DNA of 64,000 bases from Thermoprotei archaeon (GCA_003649205.1 QMRC01000002.1:20770-84769); one strand, 5' to 3'. Shown: positions 1 to 10,005, numbered from the stretch's first letter. The notes: generated by a model from the letters alone, not told the origin. Translations and numbers: made by a program.

Positions 1-616
1 AGGTATCTGAAGGGTAACATCAACCTTCTATAGGAATCTAACGCTACAGACACGCAGACATCTAGCTCCTCAATCGAAATAACACTCAACTTAATTTCTC
101 TAGACACAAGCCAAAGACGTTTCAGGTCAAAAGAGTATACTCTCTCATAACTCCTACCGACATTAGTCACCAACACAAACCCTCCATACCTCCGAAGTAC
201 TCTTGTTCCACCTCTACATCCCTTACCCACAATCTCACAACCACCTTACACCCACTCCTAGCCCCATAGGTAAAGTTTATCCATCACAAAATACTCAGCC
301 CCCTTAATATCAAGAACAGCAACCTCCCAACAACATTAAGACCACCACACCCCAACCTAACAGCAAGATCAACGTCATAACATGAAAAACCCCTACAAAC
401 TAAAGAACCAAACAGAATATCAACTTCAGAAAACCTCTCCAAAACCCTACTCACAGCAGATAAAACATTATCAAACCACAGAACTCCACAAAACCACCCA
501 ACCAAACAACACAAGTGAACGATAAAAGGTTCTTGATACGAAGCTCAAAATTTAGAAAAGCTGCTTAAGCTCCTAACCCGGATAGATTTAAGGAACACTG
601 TTCTCTCGCTGCGTAT

Positions 617-1717
617 GTGAATCATGTAAGGGGGAGTTATAACATAAATCCCAGGTGTGTGCTAATGTCTTCAGTCAGAACTGCTTCTGTATTGCTAGCT
701 ATACTTCTAGCTGGTTTAGCCATAGGGTACGCAATAGCCTTCTTTATTTACACACCAAAAATCAAGCACTATAAAGCTCTTTACCAGGAATACAAGTCAA
801 AGTTTGAAGAAGCTAGAGAAACAAGTAGAAAACTTGAGAGGCAACTGAATGAACTGAAGAAGAACTACGAAAAACTTAGTGCCCGGTTTGAGGTACTGAA
901 TAGAAACTACACTTCTTTGAAGGAACTGTATAGCGAGTTAAGGCATAAGTATGAAGTACTGGAGGGAGAATACAAAAGGGTTAAGAAACTATATAGTACA
1001 TTGAGAGAAAGTTATGAAGCCTGGAGAGGGTACTGCCTCTCGTACATAGACCTTAAGCTTGCTGTAAAGAGAGCACTCGATGTCGTGGAGCTACATAAGC
1101 TATTACCTTATGTCAAGAAGATAGTTACTGATCCTCATGATTTATGGAGAAGCGAGAAGGAATTGTACCACTACGTAGTGAAGAATATAGCCTACGCTAA
1201 AGATCCTCCAATTCCAGTACCTCCTACTATTTCCGAACTAGAACAGAGGTTATACGGGAATTACACATGTAATGAGCTTATTTTATCGCCCTCCGAAGTA
1301 CTTAAGTTAAGACAGGGAGATTGCGAGGACCAAGCAATTTTATTGTACGCATTAATTATCGCCTACGAAAGGTACTTACATGGAAAGGAGTACATAACGT
1401 GGCTTGTGCATATAGATCTCGGTGATGGCTCTTCTCACATGGCAGTAGCATTCCCCGTTAAAGTTGATGAAGGTAGACACGAGCTTACAATACTGGATCC
1501 TGCTGGTAAGTATTACACTTCAGGTCCCATAGGAGAACTAACCAGTAGGGTACCCCTAATCGAACTCAAGAGGTACTCGACGCACTGGCGTGATCACGGA
1601 GGGATAAAACGCATCACTATATATGATATTATCACTGGGGAGCTAAAAGTTGTAGTAAGCGGCGATATAGAAGAGGTAGCTATATACATCGAAAAAGGAG
1701 AGTTTCTCAAAGAGTAG
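617..1717 (+). CDS. Membrane-anchored coiled-coil protein with C-terminal transglutaminase-like cysteine-protease core
   Basis: 366-aa ORF. N-terminal TM helix (VLLAILLAGLAIGYAIAFFIY), then ~100 aa of heptad-like K/E/L sequence. Cys/His/Asp context QGDCEDQAILLYA ... SSHMAVAF ... ILDPAG is typical of the transglutaminase-like fold. Confidence 0.6.
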   Translation: MNHVRGSYNINPRCVLMSSVRTASVLLAILLAGLAIGYAIAFFIYTPKIKHYKALYQEYKSKFEEARETSRKLERQLNELKKNYEKLSARFEVLNRNYTSLKELYSELRHKYEVLEGEYKRVKKLYSTLRESYEAWRGYCLSYIDLKLAVKRALDVVELHKLLPYVKKIVTDPHDLWRSEKELYHYVVKNIAYAKDPPIPVPPTISELEQRLYGNYTCNELILSPSEVLKLRQGDCEDQAILLYALIIAYERYLHGKEYITWLVHIDLGDGSSHMAVAFPVKVDEGRHELTILDPAGKYYTSGPIGELTSRVPLIELKRYSTHWRDHGGIKRITIYDIITGELKVVVSGDIEEVAIYIEKGEFLKE

Positions 1718-2774
1718 TGATCAGGAGTAAAACTAGTAAGAGGAGGACTGCAGTAGAGAGTACAGCGATAGCCATGCTTTTAATTGTCTCTCTTTTCTTA
1801 AGACTTTTTGCTAACTGTTTTCTTAGGGAATCTAATGTTTCAGAAGGAACTATGGAGAGGATATGCGGATAGAGCGTCCTTAGCTCTTCATTAGACAGAT
1901 ACACTAATGGAGGCCAGCTTCTAAGTAAATTACATGCACGTTCCCGTGCTAAGCTATCCAAATGCTTTAATACCTCATGCAGCATTTCGGTCTGTTGTAG
2001 TTGCTGAAGCAATTCTTCATCACTCAAGTATTCTGCATAAGCTGGCAATTTCATTTCCTTAATGCAGCTCCTAACGAACTCTGGTAATTTATCGGGTATT
2101 TGCCTACGAAGTTGATGAAACGTAACATCCAGCTCACGCAATGTTGAACACTTGTCTAATTCATGTGCCACATACTCAGCTAACTTCCTTCGCAACAGGC
2201 TACATACCTCCTCCAAGACTGCTTCTCTTATTGCTTTCCTAACAATTCCTGAACGAGGCAGGTACTCCCTAAGCAATTTAAATCGGACATCCTCCTGAAT
2301 CACATTTAGCAAGCTGACTATTTCATTGGGCGTACGGCCAATTTGACTTAAAACCTGTTCCAGGAACAATGAGGCAAACTTCTCCTTCTCTGGTATAAGT
2401 TCCAAGTTCTTGAGAAGATCAAACAGATATCCAGAAATCTTCATTGCAATGAACTCCATAGTTGGACTTCTTACAGATCTTATAGCCTCAACAGCCCTTT
2501 TGACATAGTCACTAACTAGAGCATTACCCAAAGCTTTACCAAATATCTTCAGCAACTGTTCCGTCGTTGGTGGTTTAGGAAAGAGTTCGCGTGCAACTCT
2601 GATGTAATCTGATAACGTATACTCTCTACACTCCTTGGCTATTTCAGACAATACTCTTAACGCTTCATCAATCATATCCCTTGAAAGGTAATCAAGTAAC
2701 TTCCTATACTGCTCTCCATGTTTTTCCTTCATATGCCGTATTATTTTAGAAAACTCTTCATAGCTCATTGGCAC
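1707..2774 (-). CDS. Hypothetical helical protein with C-terminal TM anchor
   Basis: 355-aa ORF. Its end overlaps the end of the convergent 617-1717 ORF by 11 nt. C-terminal hydrophobic tail AIAVLSTAVLLLLVLLLI. No recognisable catalytic motif. Confidence 0.5.
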   Translation of the reverse strand: MPMSYEEFSKIIRHMKEKHGEQYRKLLDYLSRDMIDEALRVLSEIAKECREYTLSDYIRVARELFPKPPTTEQLLKIFGKALGNALVSDYVKRAVEAIRSVRSPTMEFIAMKISGYLFDLLKNLELIPEKEKFASLFLEQVLSQIGRTPNEIVSLLNVIQEDVRFKLLREYLPRSGIVRKAIREAVLEEVCSLLRRKLAEYVAHELDKCSTLRELDVTFHQLRRQIPDKLPEFVRSCIKEMKLPAYAEYLSDEELLQQLQQTEMLHEVLKHLDSLARERACNLLRSWPPLVYLSNEELRTLYPHILSIVPSETLDSLRKQLAKSLKKRETIKSMAIAVLSTAVLLLLVLLLITTL

Positions 2775-2793
2775 ATGCCCTCAGCAGCCATAA

Positions 2794-3393
2794 TCATAGA
2801 TTCCATATTGCTGAGTCTATGTATGGTGCTTCTTCCGGTCTGATCATGTCCTCAGTTATACCAAATACCCTCAGCTTTTCAAGTATAGTTCTCGGCAATC
2901 TTAAGTTTCTTGGTGGTCTCATACCGAAGACTCTAACCAGTTCATAAATTATGTAGTGTCTCAACAAATCACCGCCTATGTACCTCATATGCTCAAGGTC
3001 TTCATACAGTTTATCTGGATCTATGTCAGGTGGCATAGACGTATCTATACCATACTTTTTACACAAGTCAATTAATTGCTCTATTATCTCGATATGTGCT
3101 TCCCATAATACCAGCTCTTCTCTTAATCTCCTCAGCTCTCCCTCTTCCTTTAGTGTCTTCAAATACTCAAATGTTGTCTTACCAGCTCTCCTAGCTCTCG
3201 ACTTAAGCTCTAGGACCTTAGCCTCTGCAAAATCCCAACCAACACCACCATACTGTAGACCCACTGCAAGCAACTGTTCAAAAGGAATAATACCTCTTAG
3301 TAGTACCGTAGCTCTCTCTATGATAGCTCTTTCACGACCTACCTTAACAAGCCACCTCTTGATACGTTCACTATCGATACTCATAATGTTCAC
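2794..3393 (-). CDS. Hypothetical protein
   Basis: 199-aa ORF lying 19 nt upstream of, and on the same strand as, 1707-2774. The + strand ORF 2978-3400 is a low-complexity S-rich shadow of it. Confidence 0.5.
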   Translation of the reverse strand: MNIMSIDSERIKRWLVKVGRERAIIERATVLLRGIIPFEQLLAVGLQYGGVGWDFAEAKVLELKSRARRAGKTTFEYLKTLKEEGELRRLREELVLWEAHIEIIEQLIDLCKKYGIDTSMPPDIDPDKLYEDLEHMRYIGGDLLRHYIIYELVRVFGMRPPRNLRLPRTILEKLRVFGITEDMIRPEEAPYIDSAIWNL

Positions 3394-4623
3394 ACACTAG
3401 CTACCTTCCAAACATTATTATATAGCAATTTTCATCAAGGTAACAACTACCTGCTAGATTCTAGACCTCTCTCAACCCTCTTAATCTGTAACAGTACCTC
3501 ATGAACTTTTAAATGAAGCTACCGATGATGATACTTTGAAAAGGCTACATAATATTAACCTCTGCGTCAAACCGAAGACGCAAGAGGCTTAAGCCCCTAG
3601 AACTTCCGAGGAGTGAAGAGTGATTAAAGCTTCCTTGCGTAGGTGATGGATTCATACCCTACTCAGGAAACAAATCAGCAGAAGTTGAAAGACAGTATGG
3701 GATTGCTGAGTATTAAGCAGAAATAACTGCCATGCATGCTGCTTATGCTACCTCAGAGAGCCGCTCTGTCTATATTTGCGTTCTATGATGTCCCTAGCCT
3801 TTCATTAAGTTTCTTAGCTGATGTCAGTTACTTCACTGCTAAGTACATCCTTATGTTTAAATTCACCTCGTCGTAAAGCATACTTATCACCAGGGAGTCA
3901 CGTAGTGCTATGGCATCATTGGCTACGTATTGTCTATAGTCTGAAGCGACAAAACAGCTCCTTACCCAAACAATGCTTAGCAATGTTGACGTAGTTAATT
4001 GCTGTTGTTATTGTCTTAATGTTTTAGTCCTACCTCATCCCGTATGTAATACCTCATCCTCTTTTACAAGAGAGGGTGAGAGCATGAGTGGTTCATAGAT
4101 TGGTTACATTGCTTTGAATCGCAACTCTCATTCCAGTCATAATCATATCGTACATGAGGTATTTAGCAGATTCTTCGGAGGAGAGCTGGTGCGACAGCAA
4201 CGCACTCCTCTAAGAGCGTCTTTACGAAGTTCTTCTGTCATAACTTCAGAGGTGAGAAAATAGCTAAGGAAGTACTTAAGGTAGCAAAGAAGAGAGGTTT
4301 AAGCGAGACTAGACAGGAGAAGAAAGGTCTGTAGGATGAATAGCTTATTTAGGGAGAAGGCCCTTAGGCAACTGGACTTAAATCACAATCGCGGGTATCA
4401 ATCACCGGGATGCAAGTTACAACTCAAAGATGTATGGAGATATACCAAGACCAAAGAATTTACTAACATGAGAAAGAGAAAGTACATTACTTACGCCAGT
4501 ATTTCATTCAGGTATATCCACTACAGAGGTCGAGGGTGCTACATTATGTCATAGGGACGGACTTTAGAGGTAAACCACTACCTTAGATAACCGGAACATG
4601 GACTCAGTAAATGGTGGCTGCAT

Positions 4624-5526
4624 TTGCGTAGACGGGAAATCTGGAGCATTAAGCTAAATATACTAGACATAAAGGATCGTTGGCTTAAAGGTAAGTTAGG
4701 TGAAGCAATACTAAATGTTCTTGCAGAATATCTAGGGAGAAAACCTGATGTGTTACTTGGTGAAATCTTCATACTGGTCGTACGCTGTCTTGATCTTCGA
4801 TTACTACTGCACGGTCTTGCAAATGTACCTTCGCAGTTCTTAAAGCTAGTACTTGATAGTGATGTTGACTCTCTTGAGAGATTGCTAGACTATAAGCTCA
4901 AAGATCTGAGAAATAAGTTCAGCAACTATATGGGTAACGTAGCTCTAGCACAGGAACCGGTACAGGAGGATAATGAAGTTTGTCTACGTCATCTGGAGGG
5001 TATTTTGTTGAGGAGAGATAGATTCTGGTATATTTATTCGATACGCAAGATAATTCGCTTACTCTGCCCGCTCCATAGTGTCTGTAAAAATGTAGTAGAT
5101 TGTCCCATAGCTCGAGCAACAAAAGTGAAGGATGAAAGAGTATTAGAGCTATGGGAGGAAGCTTACGCAATAGCAAGAGCATATGATGTTGTTTCCTGGA
5201 TTAAACGAAACACAAAAGACTTCGAGAGAGTGCGTCCCATACTCAAGGTACTACTAGAGAAAGGCGTTCCATTAGAAGACCTTTACCGAGCATTTGGGCT
5301 TGAGAGCTTTCATACTCATGTAGATTACGTAGCACTTGACAGGGAAGGAAATGTGTGGGCTCTTGAGCTGAAGACCATAACTGGTAAACATATGATAATA
5401 GCTCTATCGAAGAAGGAAAGAGAAGCTATGTACCAGATAAGGAGGTTAGGGTTTAGATATGGAGTAGTATTGATCCAATTACAAGAAGCTTGGAATGTTA
5501 ATTTGAAATTAATAGAAATTAATTAA
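4624..5526 (+). CDS. Hypothetical protein with C-terminal PD-(D/E)XK-like (Hjc/VRR-NUC-like) nuclease motif
   Basis: 300-aa ORF. The C-terminal segment HVDYVALDREGNVWALELKT...LSKKEREAMYQIRRLGFRYGVV has the D...E-x-K pattern of restriction-endonuclease-fold proteins. The start codon is uncertain. Confidence 0.45.
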   Translation: MRRREIWSIKLNILDIKDRWLKGKLGEAILNVLAEYLGRKPDVLLGEIFILVVRCLDLRLLLHGLANVPSQFLKLVLDSDVDSLERLLDYKLKDLRNKFSNYMGNVALAQEPVQEDNEVCLRHLEGILLRRDRFWYIYSIRKIIRLLCPLHSVCKNVVDCPIARATKVKDERVLELWEEAYAIARAYDVVSWIKRNTKDFERVRPILKVLLEKGVPLEDLYRAFGLESFHTHVDYVALDREGNVWALELKTITGKHMIIALSKKEREAMYQIRRLGFRYGVVLIQLQEAWNVNLKLIEIN

Positions 5527-5685
5527 CGCAGAACGAAGCTAGGTGAATCATTCTAGGTGTGTACACATTCTCTGACTTGCCTGAGAATTTGAAGTGCACA
5601 TACTATAGCTTACATAAGCTTTATGCGGGATTAATGAGCTAACAGTCATCGTTGTGGTGCTTAGTAAAGTATGCTTTTTCCCTGC

Positions 5686-6024
5686 TTACTCCTCTGGGCG
5701 TCTGCGAGAACTCAATTGTTCCCTTATGTCCTGTAGCAGCACTATTATGCTGTCTAGCTTGTTGCCCATATCCTCTAGCCTGGATTCCAGTCTTGCTCCA
5801 AGTTCTTCAATTTGCTTCCTGCTTGCAGTCATGAATGATGTCATGAGGCTTGCTATTGAGATTACGACACCTATTAAATCGTACTCCAGTGGTGTGAAGA
5901 GTATTATGATGAGTATTCCTATGGTGAATCCTACTATTCCTAGCCAGAATACTATGAATGATGGTATGTCCCAGCTTGTACCCAGGAACCTTATCCTCCT
6001 CTTTTTCCTGTTGTTTCGTGTCAC
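5686..6024 (-). CDS. Small membrane protein with coiled-coil tail
   Basis: The ORF-track version (5686-6117) begins inside tRNA-Pro. The in-frame GTG at 6024 gives a basic N-terminus (TRNNRKKRRIR), one TM helix (IPSFIVFWLGIVGFTIGILIIILF) and a helical tail. Confidence 0.4.
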   Translation of the reverse strand: MTRNNRKKRRIRFLGTSWDIPSFIVFWLGIVGFTIGILIIILFTPLEYDLIGVVISIASLMTSFMTASRKQIEELGARLESRLEDMGNKLDSIIVLLQDIREQLSSRRRPEE

Positions 6025-6074
6025 AGGTTCTTCACCGATATTTGTTCTTAATGGGGAGGTGCTAGACCTGGGTT

Positions 6075-6152
6075 TGGTGGGGCCGCCCGGATTTGAACCG
6101 GGGTCACGCGGGCCCAAGCCGCGCAGCCTAGTCCAGGCTAGCCGACGGCCCC
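6075..6152 (-). tRNA. tRNA-Pro: tRNA-Pro (anticodon UGG), CCA encoded
   Basis: The reverse complement reads GGGGCCG-TC-GGCT-AGCCTGGACTA-GGCT-G-CGCGG-CTTGGGC-CCGCG-TGAC-CCCGG-TTCAAAT-CCGGG-CGGCCCC-A-CCA. All four stems pair, the T-loop is canonical and the anticodon loop is C-U-UGG-G-C. Confidence 0.93.
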
Positions 6153-6378
6153 TTGTCTCTGTTGTGTTGTGTCTTTGGTGGGGTTTTATATTTGTCTCCG
6201 TGTTTTGGTGTGTAGGTGTTTTTTAGGTGGTTTTCTGTTTTGTTTTTCTTGGGTGGTTCCTTGTGTTTAGTGAGGTTGTGAAGAAGGTGTGTGGGCGTAG
6301 GAGGGTTGAGGAAGAGGAGGAGGGTGAGGAAGGAGCTGAGTTTCTTGGTGGTCTTTTTGAGGGTGAGGGTGAGTAATT

Positions 6379-6749
6379 TTGGTTGTCGCTATCTGTGTTA
6401 GGTTGAGGTGTAGGGGTAGTGGTAGGGAGGTTCAAGACCTGAGATCCTGTTGCCTTTGAGTGTTGTTGAGGAGTTGGGGTTGTCTAGGGATGAGGGTGTT
6501 GTTGTTGAGAAGGTTTTAGCTGATGGTTCTAGGAGGAGGTTTGTGAAGGTTTGTGATGCTGTTGAGGTGTTTGTTATTGCGGAGGATAGGGTTGTTGGTC
6601 CTGTTGTTGCTGATGTGTTGATTTCTGAGAAGGGTAGGAGGGTTCTCATTAGTGATTCTTTGGTGTCTATGCTGGGTATCGTATTGCTTGATTTGAGGGA
6701 GGGATTGTGGTGTTTTAGGGATGAGTTGGGGGTTAAGGTAAGGAGGTAG
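6379..6749 (+). pseudogene. Degenerate paralog of the retropepsin-like gene at 62254-62679, with an internal deletion plus frameshift
   Basis: Frame 1 (6379-6459) reads ..VRLRCRGSGREV.., matching VRLRIRCLKSGREV of the paralog, and then hits a stop. Frame 0 (ORF 6450-6749) resumes with LLPLSVVEELGL ~ LLIPRRLATELNL and continues to DRVVGPV..VLISD..LGIVLLDL. The ~16 aa between these parts (VTSALVNSGFEAETPQ in the paralog) is missing. Confidence 0.5.
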
Positions 6750-6751
6750 TT

Positions 6752-7816
6752 TTGTTCTCTGTTGGTTTTGGGTTTATTTTGTTGTTTGTTGTACTTCTTC
6801 TTGTGAGTTGTAGGGAGGTTATTCTTAGGTTTTTGGAGTCTGTTGGTAGGGATGGTGTTGCTCAGAGTGAGTTGTGTAGGAGGTTGGGTCTTCCTAAGAG
6901 TACGGTTTCGTATTGGTTGCGTGTTCTTGAGCGTGAGGGGTTAGTTGTTAGGAGATTTGTTGGTCGTTGTGCTTATGTTTGGTTGAGTAAGTATGCTCCT
7001 AGGGGTTTTCTTGGTAGGGTTAGGGTTGGTGTTGTTTTTGCTCTTGAGTTCCCCTACCTACCGTACTTAACTAGGTTGTGTAGGGATTTTGGTCTGGATG
7101 TTGAGGTTAAGTTCTTCGATAATGGTGTTGAGGCTACGAGAGCTCTTGTTAAGGGTTCTGTCGATTTCTGTATTTCTCCTTTCGTTACTCAGCTTATGTA
7201 CGGTGCTTTGACTGATGCTCTTGAGGTTGTTGCTGTTGCTGGTTGTGGTACTGGTGCTTTGGTTGTGAGGAAGGGGTTGTGTGTTGGTGATTTGAGTGAG
7301 TTGTGTTGTGGTAGGTTTGGTAGTACTAGGTCGTCTACTATGGAGGTTGTTTTGACATCACTTCTCTACAGGTCGCGCTGTGATGAATTTAGGGTGAGCT
7401 TCTTCTCTTCAGGAAACGATATGGTATCTGCTCTCGTCTCTGGTCTTGTTGATGCTGTGAATATTTGGGAGCCATATGTGACTTCTCTTGTTAATTGTGG
7501 TGTAGGGTACGTACTTGTTGATCACAGTGAGTTGCTTGGTGTACATCCATGCTGTATGGTAGCTACTTACCGAGGAGCATCTGAGGATCTCGTTGGTAAG
7601 TTCATTGAGTTGTTGAAGGCTTCGGTTACGGAGTTTGAGAGGAGGAGAGACTACGATTTGATTGCTCAGTTCTTTAGGTTACCAAAGCAGTTGGTTATCA
7701 GGTGTTTGGAGAAGTATCATTCGCCTATGGTGTTCTCTGAACGTGGTGTACTTCGGTTCATGAGGAAGGTAGGTGTTCCTCTCGTACCTGGTAATCTCGT
7801 TAGGTTTAGGTACTGA
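6752..7816 (+). CDS. Winged-helix regulator fused to a periplasmic-binding-protein-like (NMT1/SsuA-like) domain
   Basis: 354-aa ORF. MarR/ArsR-like wHTH (AQSELCRRLGLPKSTVSYWLRVLEREGLVVRR) followed by ~250 aa with an alternating beta-alpha pattern that resembles substrate-binding proteins. The start is uncertain (TTG 6752 or GTG 6803). Confidence 0.55.
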   Translation: MFSVGFGFILLFVVLLLVSCREVILRFLESVGRDGVAQSELCRRLGLPKSTVSYWLRVLEREGLVVRRFVGRCAYVWLSKYAPRGFLGRVRVGVVFALEFPYLPYLTRLCRDFGLDVEVKFFDNGVEATRALVKGSVDFCISPFVTQLMYGALTDALEVVAVAGCGTGALVVRKGLCVGDLSELCCGRFGSTRSSTMEVVLTSLLYRSRCDEFRVSFFSSGNDMVSALVSGLVDAVNIWEPYVTSLVNCGVGYVLVDHSELLGVHPCCMVATYRGASEDLVGKFIELLKASVTEFERRRDYDLIAQFFRLPKQLVIRCLEKYHSPMVFSERGVLRFMRKVGVPLVPGNLVRFRY

Positions 7817-7894
7817 TAGGTTTTGAATTATGTTAGTGTTTTGTCTGCGTACCGTGGAAATCTTAAAATAAGTGTATGTTCAATTGAACAAGTG

Positions 7895-8071
7895 ATGTCT
7901 AGGTACCTACTCCACGTTGTGTTCTCTGTACTGTACATCGTGGTCGTGATGTATGTTGTTCCATTTACTGTATTCAGTAAGTGCTGTGACCTAGCTCTGT
8001 ACGTGTACTGGGTTATTGCTGTTCTACTCTATCTCCTGTACGTAGGTATGTACCTGAGGTTTGTGAGGTGA
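7895..8071 (+). CDS. Small two-TM membrane protein, putative accessory subunit of the downstream symporter
   Basis: The ATG at 7895 lies ~25 nt downstream of a TATA-like CTTAAAATAA (7862-7871), which suggests a leaderless mRNA. 58 aa with 2 TM helices. The stop overlaps the symporter start (GTGA at 8068-8071). Confidence 0.5.
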   Translation: MSRYLLHVVFSVLYIVVVMYVVPFTVFSKCCDLALYVYWVIAVLLYLLYVGMYLRFVR

Positions 8072-9519
8072 TTTTTGTGATTGGTACCTACGTTATTGCT
8101 GCAGTTCTCCTGTACTTTGTGCTTGCATCTGTTGTCGCTACTGTAGCTAGGAGATACTTAGCTAGAGGGTCACCTGAGGATTTCTACATTGCTAGTGGTC
8201 GTGTTGGTGGTTTTGTATCTGCTATGACCTATGCAGCGACTACCTACAGTGCATTCATGATGATTGGTCTTGTGGGTTATGCGTATGCTACTGGTGTTGG
8301 TGCTCTTGGCTTTGAGTTAATTTACTTAGTTTCGACTCTGTTTCTCCTGAGTTCTATTGGTCTTACTTTGTGGAGACTTTCTCGTGAACTTGGGTTCACT
8401 ACTCCTTCGGAGATGTTTGTTAAGTTCTTTGGTTGGGATAGGTTGGGTATTGTTGTTACGGTGATTGCTGCTGTGTCGTTGATCCCTTACTCCTCTATTC
8501 AGTTGATTGGTGTTGGGTTGTTGTTACACGCTATTACGGGTGGTGTTGTACCGTATTGGTTTGGTCTTGTTGTTGCTCTTGTATTTCCTCTGTTCTGGGG
8601 TGTTGTTGCTGGTTTTAGGTCTATTGCGTGGACTGATGCTGTTCAGGGTATGGTTATGCTCGGTGGTAGTCTAGCTCTTCTGTCCTGGGTTTTGCTGTGG
8701 GGTTTTGGTTCTTGGAGTGTTTTTGTCTCTAAGGTTAATGTTCTCGGTGATCTACTTCACGTACCTAATAGGTTTTGGAGTGTTGAGGTCTTTGTTGCAT
8801 TTACTCTTCCTTGGGCTTTCTTCGCTATATCTAATCCACAAGTTGTTCAGAGGTTGTATGTTCCGAGGGATAGAGCTTCGTTCACTAGAATGGTGCTGTA
8901 CTTCGCTCTCTTTGGCCTTATCTACACGGTGATTGTTACTTTGCTCGGGTTAATGGTTAGGGTCTTGGCTGAGTTCGGTGTTGTGGAGTATGTTGATCCT
9001 AGGAGGAGGGATCTCGTTACACCAACACTTCTGAGGTATGTCCCTGTACCGATAGCTGTTGTTGTGAGTGTGAGTATTGTCGCTGCTGCTACCTCTACAC
9101 TGAACTCCATACTCCTAACGCTATCATCTATGGTTGCTAGAGATCTCAAGTACATGACTGGAGGTAGGTTGAGGCCTGAGGTAGAGGTCAGGGTATGTCA
9201 GTTATTCATCGTCTTATTCAGTCTCATTACCCTAGTGTTCGCAGCCCTGAGACCAGGCTACATCGTTGACTTAGCTGTACTATCCTCCACACTCTTACTA
9301 CCTCTAGCAGTGATGACATTGCTCGCACTAGTTGATACGAGGAGTAGGTACTTGGGTAAGCTAGCTACTATACCGCTCATAGCTTCAGTATCTACGACGC
9401 TTGTGTTAGCTTACGTGAGGAAGGTATTTGCTCACTACATACCTGCATTGACCCTACCCACCACAGCACTACTGACCTCTCTTGTGCTGTATCTAGTGGT
9501 ACGTGCTTTAGCTAGGTAG
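8068..9519 (+). CDS. Sodium:solute symporter (SSS) family transporter
   Basis: 483 aa with ~13 TM helices. N-terminal signature FYIASGRVGGFVSAMTYAATTYSAFMMIGLVGYAY is typical of the SSS family. Confidence 0.85.
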   Translation: MIFVIGTYVIAAVLLYFVLASVVATVARRYLARGSPEDFYIASGRVGGFVSAMTYAATTYSAFMMIGLVGYAYATGVGALGFELIYLVSTLFLLSSIGLTLWRLSRELGFTTPSEMFVKFFGWDRLGIVVTVIAAVSLIPYSSIQLIGVGLLLHAITGGVVPYWFGLVVALVFPLFWGVVAGFRSIAWTDAVQGMVMLGGSLALLSWVLLWGFGSWSVFVSKVNVLGDLLHVPNRFWSVEVFVAFTLPWAFFAISNPQVVQRLYVPRDRASFTRMVLYFALFGLIYTVIVTLLGLMVRVLAEFGVVEYVDPRRRDLVTPTLLRYVPVPIAVVVSVSIVAAATSTLNSILLTLSSMVARDLKYMTGGRLRPEVEVRVCQLFIVLFSLITLVFAALRPGYIVDLAVLSSTLLLPLAVMTLLALVDTRSRYLGKLATIPLIASVSTTLVLAYVRKVFAHYIPALTLPTTALLTSLVLYLVVRALAR

Positions 9520-9520
9520 A

Positions 9521-9573
9521 TCAGTCGAGGCCTACCCTCGATCACCATTCACTCAATCCGGCGTGCTCATCAC
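9521..9573 (-). ncRNA. C/D box sRNA candidate
   Basis: The minus strand reads GTGATGA-GCACGCCGGATT-GAGT-GAATG-GTGATCGA-GGGTAGGCCTCGA-CTGA, that is C box, 12-nt guide, degenerate D', C'-like box, guide and D box. It starts 2 nt after the symporter stop. Confidence 0.6.
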
Positions 9574-9650
9574 TACGTAGTAAGGTAAAGGCACCAGTTT
9601 TAATCACTTTTCTCCCACCTACCTACCTACCTACTTGGAGGGTTTTCTCT

Positions 9651-9959
9651 GTGAATCCTGTTGAAGCTCTTATCTACGTACTTCGTGAGTACCTCAAGGT
9701 GCATGGCAAGCATATTGAGTCTATGTGTAGGGTTCTTGGTCAGGAGTGTATTAGGATTGAGGTTGGTAAGGTGTTGTATAGGTACCATAGTGAGGTAACT
9801 GGTTACTCTAGGTTTGAGGACATTATTTCTGAGATCTTGAGTAGTGAGGAGTTGCAGAGGAAGCTCATGGAGTATGGTGTACGTGTTGAGGTTGATGAGG
9901 AGAGTGGTACGAAGTATCTAGTAGTCGATATTTCATCGCTGAGGAAGCTCATGACCTAG
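9651..9959 (+). CDS. Hypothetical protein
   Basis: 102-aa ORF with coding-like composition and no recognisable motif. Confidence 0.45.
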   Translation: MNPVEALIYVLREYLKVHGKHIESMCRVLGQECIRIEVGKVLYRYHSEVTGYSRFEDIISEILSSEELQRKLMEYGVRVEVDEESGTKYLVVDISSLRKLMT

Positions 9960-10005
9960 CTATGGAGTAAGTGATAATACGTACTTTGCAGTACGTTATC
10001 TATCG

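Noticed and set aside
284-514. 76-aa minus-strand ORF in the AC-rich left edge, and the similar ORFs 6223-6435(-) and 6398-6649(-).
   Set aside because: The translations are low-complexity with no motifs. The 6.2-6.6 kb ORFs lie antisense to the GT-rich retropepsin-like remnant. They are treated as compositional artefacts.
577-596. Possible att-like partial copy of the tRNA-Pro 3' half (CCCGGATAGATTTAAGGAAC).
   Set aside because: Only ~12 scattered matching bases with indels, which cannot be distinguished from chance by eye. It is mentioned only as a lead in the island finding.
3611-3666. Box-like arrangement GTGAAGA + 12 nt + TCCT ... GTGATGG + 12 nt + CTCA.
   Set aside because: The spacing is right, but both D-type boxes are degenerate and the C/C' order is reversed relative to all good candidates.
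5654-6226. ORFs 5654-6226(+), the N-terminal part of 5686-6117(-), and 19704-20216(-), all overlapping tRNA genes.
   Set aside because: They run through the tRNA-Pro or tRNA-Gly sequences. The tRNA cloverleaves are unambiguous, so the overlapping ORF portions are taken as spurious.
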